From assembly GCA_964035545.1 (NCBI GenBank), contig OZ037770.1, positions 13,258,642 through 13,322,641 on the forward strand: a stretch of 64,000 nucleotides of DNA, read 5' to 3'. The notes below the pieces were generated by a model. The model had not been told where the DNA came from. It was given only the letters and a program-made list of their open reading frames with translations, and searched no databases. Positions 13,783 through 26,900 of this stretch are shown in pieces (position 1 is the first letter of the stretch; each line of letters opens with the position of its first letter). A program made the position numbers and the translations under genes. The stretch is from Bugula neritina (Eukaryota > Animalia > Bryozoa).

Positions 13783-15955
13783 CTGATAGCAGCTACTAGG
13801 TCAACTGATAGTAACTACTAGGTGTACACCACTCATACTGCTGGCTATAAAGTCATACCTATCTCATTATCTAAGATAGCAATAGCTGCGCTGCTAGAAG
13901 GAAGGTAATTCTGCGAATCTATGAATTTATTTTCCATGGCTACGGGCTCCTCATAGAGGCCTTCCTCATATTGGTCTGAGTCAATGCCAAGCCCACTGCA
14001 ATGTCAAGAGAATAAGTATAAAGACCTCCCACAGGCTATGCTAGAAAGTGATTTCATCAGATGTTGCCTTACAGATAGCATTTATTTCATAAGTTTATTA
14101 GTTTTAACATGTTTCTTGTAACAAATTCCAAGAATTGCTACAAGAAATGCTGAGAGAACAACCACTTAGTTTGAGTCATAAAATAGAATTCTATAATTTT
14201 ATAGTCAATATTGTAGAAATGAATATTTGTCATAAACATGGAATGTTGTTTCTGACGATAGTGGTAGCAATTCACTACAAGGAAGTAACTGCATTTGAGT
14301 CATGGTGAACCCCCAACTGCTGCATTCTGACAGTTTGCCAAAAACCTAACGATAATAGCTTACTATATCCAGATAACATTCACTGAAGGTAGCAAACTGT
14401 TATCAGCAACAGTTAAACCATTTTTCTGTGTGTGTGCGCGAGTTAAATTGATTAGCTTTGTTTAGTATGAGGAAAATCTTTTATATAATATTTTTATTTA
14501 CATTAGTTATCAAACAATGATGTTTCCATGGTGACAAAGGTTCAACCAAGGTTAATGACTCAACTTCAGAGACTGTAAACTTTAAATAACCTGACAATTT
14601 ACAGATGCATAGATAAGTATTACAAAAATGAACATACTGTGACGACTACACAGTATATTGAACAATAGATGTTACATCACAATTTTTGCTATAATTCTTC
14701 AAATTAAGTTTCAATGGAATGCAGTGAAACGAAATACTAGTTCAGTGTACTGTTAACTGCTACTGCAAATTCATGTAACAACTTATTTAAATATGTGATT
14801 TTTTAGTTTAGACAAAGCCGTTGACAAATAATTGAAGGAAACGGATCATAATTGCTACAAATTATGCACAAACCAGATAAACTTGGTATGCATTATGCAT
14901 GCCAAATTATAGAATCTGAATAGATTATGAGCTGGTTACAGACATAACTATACTGGCTGTCTAGTAGAATTCATCTAGAGTAAGACAAACTATGCCATAT
15001 ATCCTCCCCCCCCCTTTACATCAATAGCCTAAGTAACTACATCAATAGCCTAAGGAACTAACTCATTTGGCACGGGATTATCCTCAGATGTAACCTGCGT
15101 CCCCGTCTGTGGCAAAGACTGTCTTGAAATAGCTCTCTGGTGAGCTATGAAATCTTCATTGGATTTACTCTTGCCGGGCTCAGGGAGTTTTCTCCCCTGT
15201 ATTTGCATTCTCTCTCCATCTACAGAGATGAATTAACTTGAGTTTAGGTAAACAAACAGATCAAACGCTATTATGCTGTTCTAATGCCAAGGATTTTCTA
15301 TCACAACAATTCTATTGACATATTAGGAATTGTGGAATTTTAATGTCACCATTACTCTTTTAAAATCACACACAACTCAAAGTAAATTCGTGACTAGTTA
15401 CTAGTTACTAGTACCTAATGACTAGTTACTAATCACTAGTCATTATTGATTAGTCACTAGTAATTAAGAATAAGTTTTGGTACTATTGCCTTATATTTAT
15501 CAAGAAATGCAGGACTATAATCACACATTCAGGTTGTTAAAAATATTTACCTAAAGATAAGTTAATATTCGCTGAGGTAGTGACTTACACCTCATCCTAA
15601 CCTCAACATAGCCGGTACTAAAAAGCAAATATTCCAGACATCTGATTTATCTGATAAGAAGTTACAAGATTAACAACTAATAGTTTAGGATTACCAACAG
15701 ATGGTGTGCTGTAGAAGCTAACAGGCTAGACTTGTTCAAGTTATATTTAATACACAGTCTCATAACTAAGGAGCTAAAGGCTGTTTCTCGAGGGTCTCTT
15801 TAGATCTAAGGCTAGACTACATCAAAGATGACCAGCCAGTCTTGTTTTCAGGGGAGTAACAGCTATTATCATACTGAGTTTTAAAGGCGTGTTGAAGAAG
15901 CTGAGATTGGGCAATTCAAGGTGGAGGATGACAACTCCCAGTTGTGTGTGTGCGA

Positions 15956-15988
<33 letters not shown>

Positions 15989-18900
15989 TGTGTTTGTGTG
16001 TGTGTTTGTGTGTGTGTGTTTGTATTGTGCGTTGTGTGTGTGTTGACTTAGCCTAAGGTATTACCAGGTTTAGGTGGCAGATGAGGGGGGAGCTGTAGGA
16101 TGTCCAACCTTTCAACAAAGAACAGTCTTCGGTTCTCAGCAAACAGGGAGAGAGACTCCTTTGCCAAAGTTGTTCTGAGGAATTTTTCAATGCCAGGCAG
16201 AAGTTCTAAAAAAGGAGAGAGAGATGTTACATAACAGGTTGCTCTTAGAGATCCATTTCTAACCTAAAAAGGAAGTTACTAAAAACACTTTTTTATTTCC
16301 ATAATGGCCGAAACAAAAATGTATAAATATATACCAGATACAATACAAATGAAGAGTATATCACAATCATGAAGTAGCAAAATACATATCATGTAATATA
16401 TTCATAGGTTAACAATCATTTCATCACCAAATACTAGAAAGAGATAGCAGTATACAACTATTAGAGCACATAGCTAGAGATAAGATAAATCCTGAAGTGG
16501 TTAAATTACATAATACATCACACTGAATATCTCAACAAGTTAGCCCAGGAACTTACGCAGCAGTTATGGATACAGTTAACCGTCAACCCACGCCTACTAA
16601 TCACTAGGTTCCCAAATTAGAACGATAACAACCATTCTAGAACATTCCGGTCATGTCAAATAGTTTTCAGTTTGAGAGTTGTGAGTGTAACACCAGGGTA
16701 TGTTGACCAACTAAAGGAGTGGAGGTAGTTAGTGTATCTAAGAGGGGGACGGGGTGACAGTAAACAAGATAGCAAGAGTAGCTGGGAAAGGGACTGAGAG
16801 TGATGGACTGAGAGTGATGAACTGAAAGTGAGTGAGTGAGAGTCACTGAGAGTGATGAACTGAAAGTGAGTGAGTGAGAGTCACTGAGAGAGTGAGTGAG
16901 AGTCACTGAGAGAGTGAGTGAGAGAGTCACTGAGAGTGTGAGTATAACTGAGGGTGTAGGTTATAGGGACTGTATGGTTTAGTGAGACAGTAAGAGTTAG
17001 CACTAGGTCATCCATGAAATTCCAAACCAACAGAAAATTTCGTTGGAATAGTTAGAATAGCTAGGTAGACATACAGACAGACCTGTAATAAGCTGAAGAT
17101 AGTTCTTTGTTAAAATTTCTAAAAAAAACATTTGAATATAATTACAATAAATGAGTAAAATAGATAATTGACGGGATAAAAATATCCTAAAATGGCAGCA
17201 GCAGAAAGGCTCTACAAATGGCCCAGTACCTATGGCCCGGTACCACAAACAGCACCCATGCCTGTCTGGCAATGAGTGCAAAATGTAATTTAACAAAGGG
17301 ATAGGAACTAATGGCTGTTGAAATTATTCAACCAAGCAAATAATCTGTTTGTGAGAGATATTAAAGCTGTTACACAAATCTATAGCATATGTACTAAATG
17401 AACCCTTTGTATATGTATACTGAATGTGTATTGTCAAGCTAGTATAATTCTAGCACATAATAAACTGAAGTATTGTATCATTATCTAATTGCCAAAAAGT
17501 AATTTTTCCTCAACTGTCATTATTTTCAAGAATTACTCATCTCCTATCTTTTGGCAGAAGCTAAAGAAAGGGTCAAAGTGGGCTCACTCACTGTACTAAA
17601 AATACTGGGTGCGATGACTTTCATTAAATTTCCAAAAGCATGACTGGTTACATAATCAACTGCCAATATCCTATGACCTATGTGATTATGTCAGGCAGCA
17701 TGGACTGGTGGTTCTGCAGTCTTTTTGTTGGCCACCAGGCGCCACCAGTAATGGAGAAATTGTGCGTTCTGGATTAGAAATGTAGCAAAAGAAGTTATGT
17801 TCTCACAAGAACTTCAACCCGTGCTCCAAACCAAAATTTAATAATAAAATTAAAGAACTTAGGCTATCTCAATTTCTCCACTACTGCTCCTAAGTAATGT
17901 TTTTGACTCACACTCAAAACGAGTGAGAGTGGAACTGTGTCAATCAGGAAATATTGATTGTGAAGAGTTACTTGCCATATGTCAGGGGCACACGAGTTGT
18001 CTAGAGCTGTTAGTCGCTCTCAATGCTAGTGCTGTATGCAGTATGATAACAGCTCAGCTGGCAATCAACTTTCAGATAAAATCCTGAAAGCTCGCGATAA
18101 AAGTTACTGGCAGTTTTGTTTTTACAGCAAAGGACTCAGCGAAGATTGTAAACATTTTTATAGTCAACATTTTGAAGATGGAAGAAAAGTTTGTACATCA
18201 ACCATTTCATGACTAAAATCTCAGGATGTTTGGTCAAGTTACTTTCATTGAAGTAACCCATGTGAAATGGGAAGTGAAAAATTGAATTTCAAAACGAAAA
18301 TTTCTCTAAATTAAAAAAATCATTGCTTGAAATCAGTTAAACTTGCTACACTAACATTTTTAACTCCCAGGTGCCATCTTCCGTGTAGAAGACAGGAGAT
18401 AACAATTACAGGAACAATATTAGCAAGAGTGGAGTGGCTATTCATAATAAATTTAATTTAGTGCTAAAAATGTGTCACCTAAGAATGTCTACATCTACTT
18501 CCTTCTATCACTGATTCAATTTTTCTACTTTTTCACCGCAAGTCTGGCAAAAAAGTTGGTTGTTTACCAAAACAGTTATAAAATAAATTAATGGCTTCTC
18601 TCCTGTTTGAATTTGACAGAATTTAAAGTTATAGCGGAAATAAAAGTTCAAAAACATTGAGCTAAAACCCCGTCACATAATGTCTTCATTTACCACTCCA
18701 GGGGCATAGAGGAAAGCGAACCATCATGCCAAGAATGTATTATGCTTCAACCAGCATGAAACCTCTAAAGCCAGGTGGCTCTACCAGATTGGAAAATTAT
18801 TCTTCAGGTGAATTCTAACCCACGGCAAAAGTTACAGAATGCTGTAAGAAGACAATTAAAGTGTCAGAAAAAAGCCCAAGTTTCAGAACCCCTTTTCCCA

Positions 18901-21900
18901 GGAGAACGTGAATTGGCAACATGACGCAATCCCGATGTTGTCAGGGACTACAATGTCAGTGGTTGGCATGGCGGTGTAGCCACTGTCACTGAGGTTGGCC
19001 TGTATGCCCAGATTTACCAGGAATTGGCTAATTCACAGGAAAGAAAACTAAGCGGATGTGAATATCACATCACAGCTGTATACTTCCTACACAGAAGACT
19101 TCATATTCCAGATCTGTGGGAGTAGAGAAGGCAGTGCCAGTGGTTTAGCTGCAGGAGAGTCAGCTCACGCATTGGCAGCCGAAAAGCTTAAAGTCTCGTA
19201 TACAAAATATACATTGAAATTTTAAAAATAATATTCAAATATAGCCACGGAATACTAAATATGTTGAACTTCACGATATCTTGTGCTGCCGAAAAAGAGA
19301 TGCAAAGAAAGTTTGCTGCCTATTGGCCCCCTATAGCTGACCGACAGCATATTTAGGTCAGAATTTATGCACCATTTATAGACAGCATCAGTCACCCTAT
19401 CTCTGCTTTACTACCTCATTTGGGTTGTCATTTTCTCACTCTCCCCAGAGCAGTATTTTCCAACTAGTTAACTGGATTATAGGTCAACCCCCCCTACCCC
19501 CCTGACCTGTGACTCATCAGTGACAGAAATTAGTTTAATTTTATAGTATATACAAAATTTATAGAAATTATAATAATAAACCACATTGTTTATAAACCAT
19601 CCAGTTCAAAATGATAAACACTGGATTTGCTTATATATACTGGAGGATAAAAGTGACAATACACTGGTAAAGCAGGGAATTTAGAGCACCCTACCGTATA
19701 TTATATTACATTGAAACTAGAAACTAGGCTATATTCTTCAATCTTGAGAGAGTTTAGAGATCTTAGCACTAAGTTTATAGCAGGTAACAATCACCCTTTG
19801 TATCACACTCTAATCTAATATAGCTAACTGCTGGGTAAACCATTGTTTACATCTAGGGCTAAAACTGACTACTGAGCATGTTTATGGATAATAATTGAAT
19901 TTTCTCTAAGAGCCCATTGGTGATGGAATTGATACCGATTTGCACAACGGTGTAGAATGCTAAAAAACAGAATTGATCTCAAGCAATTTGATAATTGCCT
20001 TTTATTCTAAAGCTAATATTGGAACTACAATAAGAATTAAGTTATTTGCTTTATGGAGAGTTAACAAAGTAATTCCTAAAGAAAAAGGAAGTTGTGTTTG
20101 GAGCCAATCTGGCTGCCAATGACTAATTCCGCTTGGTATGTTCTATGAATCAGAGATTTGAGTAGACAACAGCGCGTACATCAATCCAGCTATTGAGTAT
20201 TAGACAATATAGTCTATTGTATTTCAGCCTCTTCACTAGCTGCATTTAGGCGTTTTAGTGCAGCGTGTATAGGAGTAACTGAGATAACAAGTTATTGAGA
20301 TATTTCGGCCATATGCAAGGCCCATGCTTCACTTCAACTAGTGTTTAACTTCTTACAAACACTGCAATTTAACAGCTTTATTTCGCCAACCAACCTGCAA
20401 ACTGTTACACAAAGTTTACTGACAGGAAAGATTAGGTATTGCAGATGTACCAAAGCATACCTCTCCCCCCTTCGTGCCAATTAATCTTACTCAACTGCGA
20501 GATTTATCATATTGCAGAACTGCAGGTTGACAAGCAAGTTGCTAGTAGGGTAGCCTCAACAGATTGGTTACAAAAACAAGCATAATATTTAGTTAATAAA
20601 CGGTTCCGATTCAACTATTCAGGTGGGTTTATACTCGCCATCCCTGTGAGAACGAACCCCTGGTGGAAAAAGTTTTTAATCTGGCCAAGAACTTATTTTT
20701 TATTCTGGCACAGGAAAAATTAAGACTGAATGCCCTTCCTAACATCACCAATGGCCTTTACTGGGAATTAAACCACTAACCTACTGTTTACTAAGCCAGT
20801 GCTCTAACCCCTAGACCACTGCCACTCCTGTAGATTCAACTTGCAATATTTCATCTTTGCAGAATATAGCCAAATTAGAAACAACTTGCATTACATTATT
20901 TCTGTTTACTTATGCTTTTTAATTGTATTTAATTAGATTGTTTTACATTAACCACTCCTTTACTGAAACTAATTACATGTGATAGAACAAACTTTGTCTT
21001 TCAATAACATAACTTGACATTGAGGCTATATGATGACTTTGTGTATAATATTCGGACTTCTCAGTCTAAGTGCAAATATCTAGTTGAGCTAATAGTTGTC
21101 AAGAATAAAAGGCTGTGTTAAGACCTGTTCATACATAATCACCTTTACTACTCACGGACAAAAGAGACGGCAATTTGAGGTCATTTTTGTGCACACACTC
21201 TTCTACTTAGAATAGCAAATTGGTGTAGCCTCAGGCACTACAAGCACTGCTATTACGGGAGGTATGAGAACACAGCAGTATTTATGTTAGCTTACTTCCT
21301 ACATAACATCTTATCTTGAGTATCGTATCTCAAGTAATTTATGCTCAAACGTTATATTGCATGATAAAACATGGCCTTATCTGACTAACATTATATAACA
21401 TTCAAATCTACTGTCAGTTGGTTAACCTAGAGCGCTGACAATGAACTCTTTGTTCTAAGTCTTAACGGCAGCATATGGGGTTTACTCAAACATCTAGGCA
21501 GCAGCTAAGAGGATGAAACAATGCTGCCAATAGTGCTGCCAATCTTAGGACAGGGTAGAAATGATATGCCTCGTTGCGAACTACGCCAGCGGAGAAAATG
21601 CTGAGTTGTTAGAAGTGAAAGAATATTATTGCAGATTAGCTGCTACTATGTAACGGAATGGATAATTTATTACTAAGCTTTTGACTCTTAATTAATAGCT
21701 ACAGGCTTGATGGATACTAAGTGATTACCAATAAAATGTTCTCACTCCCCAGCCTAGTTGGAGAGTGAAAACAGCTTATATAGAGTAATATACTAGTATA
21801 AAGGAAAGTTGATCTCAATTTCTTAGCCTGTGGGGCTGTGAAACTACCAACAGCTTGTGCTGGATAAGGAGGGGTTGTTTTTAAACTCAGACCCAAAACA

Positions 21901-22069
21901 AAAATCTTGAAAAATGTTCTAGTACGAATTACACTAGTTGAAAGAATGTTGTATGAAACTTCTGGGAAACATTATATAAGAGAGTGACTGAGGTCACAAG
22001 AAGGTTACAATGAGATCTAAGACTTCTCTTACCTTCTAGTTTCTCCATCTCACTAGAGGCTGTATTCAT
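311..22069 (-). CDS. AFAP1/AFAP1L (AFAP-110/XB130)-family two-PH-domain adaptor protein; multi-exon, 3' end runs off the window start
   Basis: Phase-consistent GT-AG exons (5' to 3'): 22069-22033, 16205-16065, 15219-15063, 13995-13859, 13308-13200, 11898-11699, 11074-10887, 10587-10542, 9943-9737, 9519-9290, 9196-9038, 7174-7133, 6316-6209, 4574-4451, 4216-4166, 4028-3114, 1560-1396, 1074-940, then 449-311. N-terminus MEKLEELLPGIEKFLRTTLAKESLS resembles the AFAP/SKAP N-terminal helix. EGLYEEPV and SSTSYESYDE match recalled AFAP1 EGYYEEAV and SSSYESYDE. Two PH domains follow. Confidence 0.8.
2520..2606. repeat. 18-bp minisatellite (TGCCACACCTGCTACACT), about 5 copies
   Basis: Seen directly; explains the LPHLLH ORF. 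Confidence 0.85.
3114..4028 (-). CDS. 915-nt acidic, tyrosine-motif-rich exon of the AFAP1-like gene
   Basis: Lies inside ORF 3106..4041; acceptor tttactgcag, donor a|gtaagt; phase 1-1; motifs YDII, YDDV, YVQV, YVDI, YENA, YKRM. Confidence 0.8.
9038..9519 (-). CDS. PH domain 2 of the AFAP1-like protein (exons 9519-9290 and 9196-9038)
   Basis: SWQYKYCAIRNGTFECFKD...FSLSLTECEL...FIIEPEDKIDQGDWLSALVK. Confidence 0.8.
9613..9750 (-). repeat. 22-bp tandem repeat (6 copies) containing the exon end and splice donor of exon 9943-9737
   Basis: Unit ctgatatatcccacctgctata; on the minus strand each copy reads TATAGCAG|GTGGGAT. Confidence 0.9.
10887..11898 (-). CDS. PH domain 1 of the AFAP1-like protein (exons 11898-11699 and 11074-10887)
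   Basis: QEGDLHHKTKGSWIRRYCALCDGIFYIYKDRESKPLYGLPLVGY...HFLSTDSASEIQSWINKI shows the typical PH pattern with a C-terminal helix Trp. Confidence 0.85.
13376..13785. repeat. (GTA)n/(GTG)n trinucleotide microsatellite in an AFAP1-like intron
   Basis: Seen directly; explains the poly-Val ORF. Confidence 0.97.
13977..14562. promoter_or_regulatory. Cluster of AP-1-type TGA(C/G)TCA sites with an adjacent ETS core; candidate intragenic enhancer
   Basis: Sites at 13977, 14172, 14296 and 14556; AGGAAGT at about 14280. Confidence 0.35.
15944..16044. repeat. Imperfect (TG)n microsatellite beside the donor at 16064
   Basis: Seen directly. Confidence 0.9.
16793..16945. repeat. GAGAGTCACT/GAGT-based imperfect minisatellite
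   Basis: Repeated gagtgagtgagagtcactgaga and gagagtgatgaactgaaagt blocks. Confidence 0.8.
18730..19130 (+). pseudogene. Possible decayed piggyBac-like transposase fragment
   Basis: Local GC rise; reads NPDVVRDYN followed by ggcatgg-cggtgtag (a frameshifted GMGGV), reminiscent of the piggyBac P..V.DYN..MGGVD motif. Short and degenerate. Confidence 0.25.
20600..20828 (-). mobile_element. tRNA-derived SINE-like element, copy 1
   Basis: Reverse complement reads ggcagTGGTCTAGGGGTTAGAGCActgg...GGTTTAATTCCCag (A-box and B-box-like), then attggtgatgttaggaagggcat...ctgtgccag; it aligns with a second copy at ~51745. The 3' boundary is approximate. Confidence 0.55.
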
Positions 22070-23017
22070 ATTTCATAGCCTACAACCAACACAAATATAT
22101 GAATTCATCTCAGTGGCTTATACATGGTCTATTCTATATCTTATATTATATTATATTACATTATATCTGTACAGTTGCTGAGAAAGTGGAAAAGCCTGTG
22201 TTATGTGGCAGAAATATTGCGGAAAATTGTACTATCTACTAATTTTAAACCTCATCTAAACCAAAATTTATATCAGCTAAGAATTTTGAGCTTTCTCCCC
22301 TGCTGCAAGTAGATGCCATTTACTTTAAAGATATTGGGGCCTCTTACTCCTTCACAAAGAGTTACTCAACTGTGTGAATAGTGTTAACTGTGTAGCAATG
22401 TAGAATAGGAAGTCTTTCAAACTTAAAGGTATGTTCTCAACTTCAAGGAGCAAGTGATGATACTGGTATAGGCAACGTTATTAAAAAAAAACTACATTGA
22501 TTAGTAGAAATGCCACAGTAAATCATGTATTACAAAAATTTGACAGCTAAAATAATTTCTCGTCTTTTTTGCATGACAACATTATATGTTCACATGAGTT
22601 GAGATTCTACTGCAAACAAAACAAGGCCATTTATTCCCGGATACTCTAAAAGTGGTGAATTATAATGCAAAGGGGTTGTATTGACATTTGCTTCACTATA
22701 CTTCTCATTTTCAACTTGGAATCGTTGAAATTTGAAGTTTATTAGACAATGAATACCAGAACCTGAACTTAGAAGTAACTAATGGTGAAGCAAAGTGAAA
22801 AGCTCTTTAGATTCAATGCTTTTTTCTTGCTTTGAAAAGCACTTTGAGTCCAAATTCCACTTCTGCAGTAAAGCGGAACTTTTACTAATTAGTAATTATC
22901 ATGCGACTAATATTTAAGGCAATGCAATATAAATGTAAAACTCCTCAAATAACTTTCCTCAAATGTGGCCTCATTAAATAGTATCTCACAAACACCTCAA
23001 CTTGCACCAACACTTAC

Positions 23018-23100
23018 CCTTATTTTTCTGAACTTACAGATGAAGGAATTCTCTGTTTTATCCAATGAATAAGCTGGTGGGTCACTTCACAATCTCAAAC
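23018..23100 (-). other. Probable 5' UTR exon of the AFAP1-like gene with two alternative GTAAGT donors (exon ends 23038 or 23018)
   Basis: Acceptor gttttgtcag before 23100; two perfect GTAAGT donors 20 nt apart; the first coding exon (22079-22033) itself begins with an acceptor. Confidence 0.45.
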
Positions 23101-23401
23101 CTGACAAAACATATTTCATGAGATAAATAACCATTAATATGTGTATTAAAAAAGTTACCAGGTCTATTTTTAACCAATTGGGTTAGATTCCTGGCAAAAC
23201 GATTGTTTTTGTGCCGTCATAAAAAAATAAATTGATGTATAGAGGGATTAAAAGAAGTCTAACTCAAGTATCACTGCTCATCATTGGCACAAATAATGTT
23301 TTTTATAAACATCAAAAATATATTATTATTACATGTTATATATAAACGTCAACGCTCATAGAGAATTTCAATTTGCATTAACCGCCAAGTTTTGCAACAA
23401 A

Positions 23402-23985
<584 letters not shown>

Positions 23986-26900
23986 AGATACTAAATCATG
24001 CTATCAACTAGTATTTTATTATGCAAGTTCAATGCACAAACTAGAAACATTTTTATAGCTCAGTAGAGTATCTCAACTAAATGATAATGCTAACTATGCC
24101 TGCACCCACTCATCAATGATAACATTAGCATACAAACGTTGACATTTAAACTAAGAAGCCTGGAAGTTAATTTTTTCTTCAATGATTATATGCATTGAAA
24201 AAAAATGGTCTAAGAGATTTGAAAATTAAGCTATAGAAAGTAAAAAAATGTTTATCAAAACGGCTAGCTAGGCTTTAACCCAGATATATAGAAATTATTA
24301 TTACTCTTAGTATATTTTAGACATGCTACATTTCAGCTTTTATACCTACTAAACCCTCTCAGTTTTACATCAAAAAAGCTTTCACTTCATGTCAGGACAA
24401 AACTATTTATGGTCTAAACTCTAAGATGATGAACTTTCAGCCAAATATTTTACGTCAAAACCAGGAAGATAAAACTCAGCAAAAGTAATATTTGCAATAA
24501 AATATTAGTTTTTAAATGGAATGCCAAAAACATACTTTAATAAATGAACACAGAATAATATGTTTGTGTCATCAATCAGTTTAATTACTGTTGAACAATG
24601 CATAAGGAATTTTCTTTTTTCTTTTATGAAACAAAATTTATTCTTTACTGGTATTCTGAAGATTATAAAATAAGCATAATCTAAAAACACTATTTGGTCT
24701 ACTAAGAATGCAAATTCAAAGGCATTTCTAGAATCTCTGCTCAATTTTTGACACTTTTTTGATATAATTTTATTGAGCGGAATAAAAATTTAGAGACTAT
24801 ATCCTATGAGAAAGTTGTCTCATCACTTCACCTTGGTAGTGAGGTCATTATAATCACTTGCTACGACAAATTTGCATAAAACAACTATAAACAGCAATAA
24901 TACTTGACATACAAGTTGAAAAACATTCTTAAACTGGTATTTTGCAGTAAAACTGTAACCTTTCACAAGTAATAGTTGCCATATGTGTTACCTCTGCGCA
25001 TCTGTGAAAAATTATATCAATACTAATGCTGATGTCAAGATTGTGGGTAATGGAAGGGAAAAACAATACCAATCTTATCATCATACCAGTAACAAAAAGC
25101 TGATAACTATTTTATATTTTGACACATTCTGGCAATAATAGGATAACTATTTATTATGATTACAATCTATTGCAACATATTTTAATTACATATTACCATT
25201 AATTTCCCCGACCATACCTTTCATTTATCACTTTATGTAGCTACGACTAAATCAATTATTATTTATTTTTTATGACAATTTATAATTTTTTGAATGATCA
25301 TAAATTATAATCACAACGTAAGCTTTGCGCTATATTGTCTATTTTTGGTGTCAAGAAAATTTATTTAATGAAACCAACGTAATCAATAGCCTTAAATTGA
25401 GTACGATTTTTGGTCCCATTACGTTAAAGATGGCTGCTCATATTCTGAGCATAGAGTGAAATGACTGAGTCACTTTAACTTCAAGTTTCAATCTTAGTTT
25501 TACCAACAATCATATTGCATACAGAATCCCAATTGTAAAATATAAATCTTACAAATTTCGAGATATGAAAAGCTAAAGTTTCACATAATGACAGCTACTC
25601 TCACTAGTAATGAAAAAAGTAACAGGGTCGGTTTGAAAATGACAGCTTTTGAATTAAATACCTGTTACATAATAATATTGAAGTTGTAAAATTAGAAACT
25701 ATTCATAAAACATATTTGTCAACTTATATTAAAACACAACAATAATGATATCCACACCCATAATCATAAAAACAGTAATATCCATATGGCAGCACTAGAA
25801 TAATTTTATGTTATACTTCATACTTATAACAACATCAAGCAAAACTAGTCATATGCCTATGCAGTATGGCTTATAGGCTACAAGAGTCACATCATATTTG
25901 CCACTATATTTTCTCAATAAAGGTGACGCTTTAGAATATAGGCCTATAGGTATAGCCTATTAGCTAAATAATTAAAGTTTAAATTAATATAATTATAATT
26001 CATAAACTTATACAAATATGAAGCAACAGCTTATAAAAAATACATATATTATGATTATATTGATAACTATAACAACATTAATATACTAATAGTAATAGTA
26101 ATAGGAATAGTAATAATACTCCTTAATACATTTATTATGCATGTTGATGTTCATGCTGATATTGGTACTATCAATATAGCTATGAAACATGAGTATGAGT
26201 ATCAGTATGAATTCTTAAATCAGTTATTTATACAATATATTAAGTAATACTATCACTACTAGTATTGCTACTATTATTAGTATTAGACATAGATACAATT
26301 GCTATTATTACTAGTAATAGTATTACTACTACTATCAAAATTGGTTTAACTTCAATTATTATTTACTAGAGCTGTAAAAATAAAAGTCAATAAATATTTT
26401 TATTACCATCACCACGATATTGATTGTGAGACTGAGTATCAATATGAAATTGAATATCATACATTACGGTTACCAATATCAATATAAATTAAAATAAATC
26501 AATAATACAAAATTAAATCAGATTCATATTGATAGTGAGTTATTATATTTAGTTAATATGATTTAACTTCATAAAGTTTGTGTCTTTAAGTTTAAGTTTA
26601 TAATAATAATAAATAAATATTCATTATTGATATTGAATTTGATCATCATGATCATGATGACGACGATGATGATGATATCCAATATATTGATTTTCATATT
26701 GATATTGATATTGATACCAAATCCAATTTCAAGTTATTCCCATTCTGCAGTAGTCATCGAAGCCAGTTTTACAATTTTATAAGCACTGTGTAGATAATGA
26801 TATAACATTTATATATGTTTAAAACAAGCTAAGTTTCTGTTCAAGCTTCCCACCTTTTTACCCTTCACATTGGTTTCGTCTATCACTATGCAGTGATGCA

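Noticed and set aside
13372-13821. Poly-valine ORF
   Set aside because: (GTA)n microsatellite, antisense within an intron.
20760-20828. tRNA gene
   Set aside because: A/B-box-like motifs are present but there is no convincing cloverleaf, and similarity to 51745 extends beyond the head, which favours a SINE.
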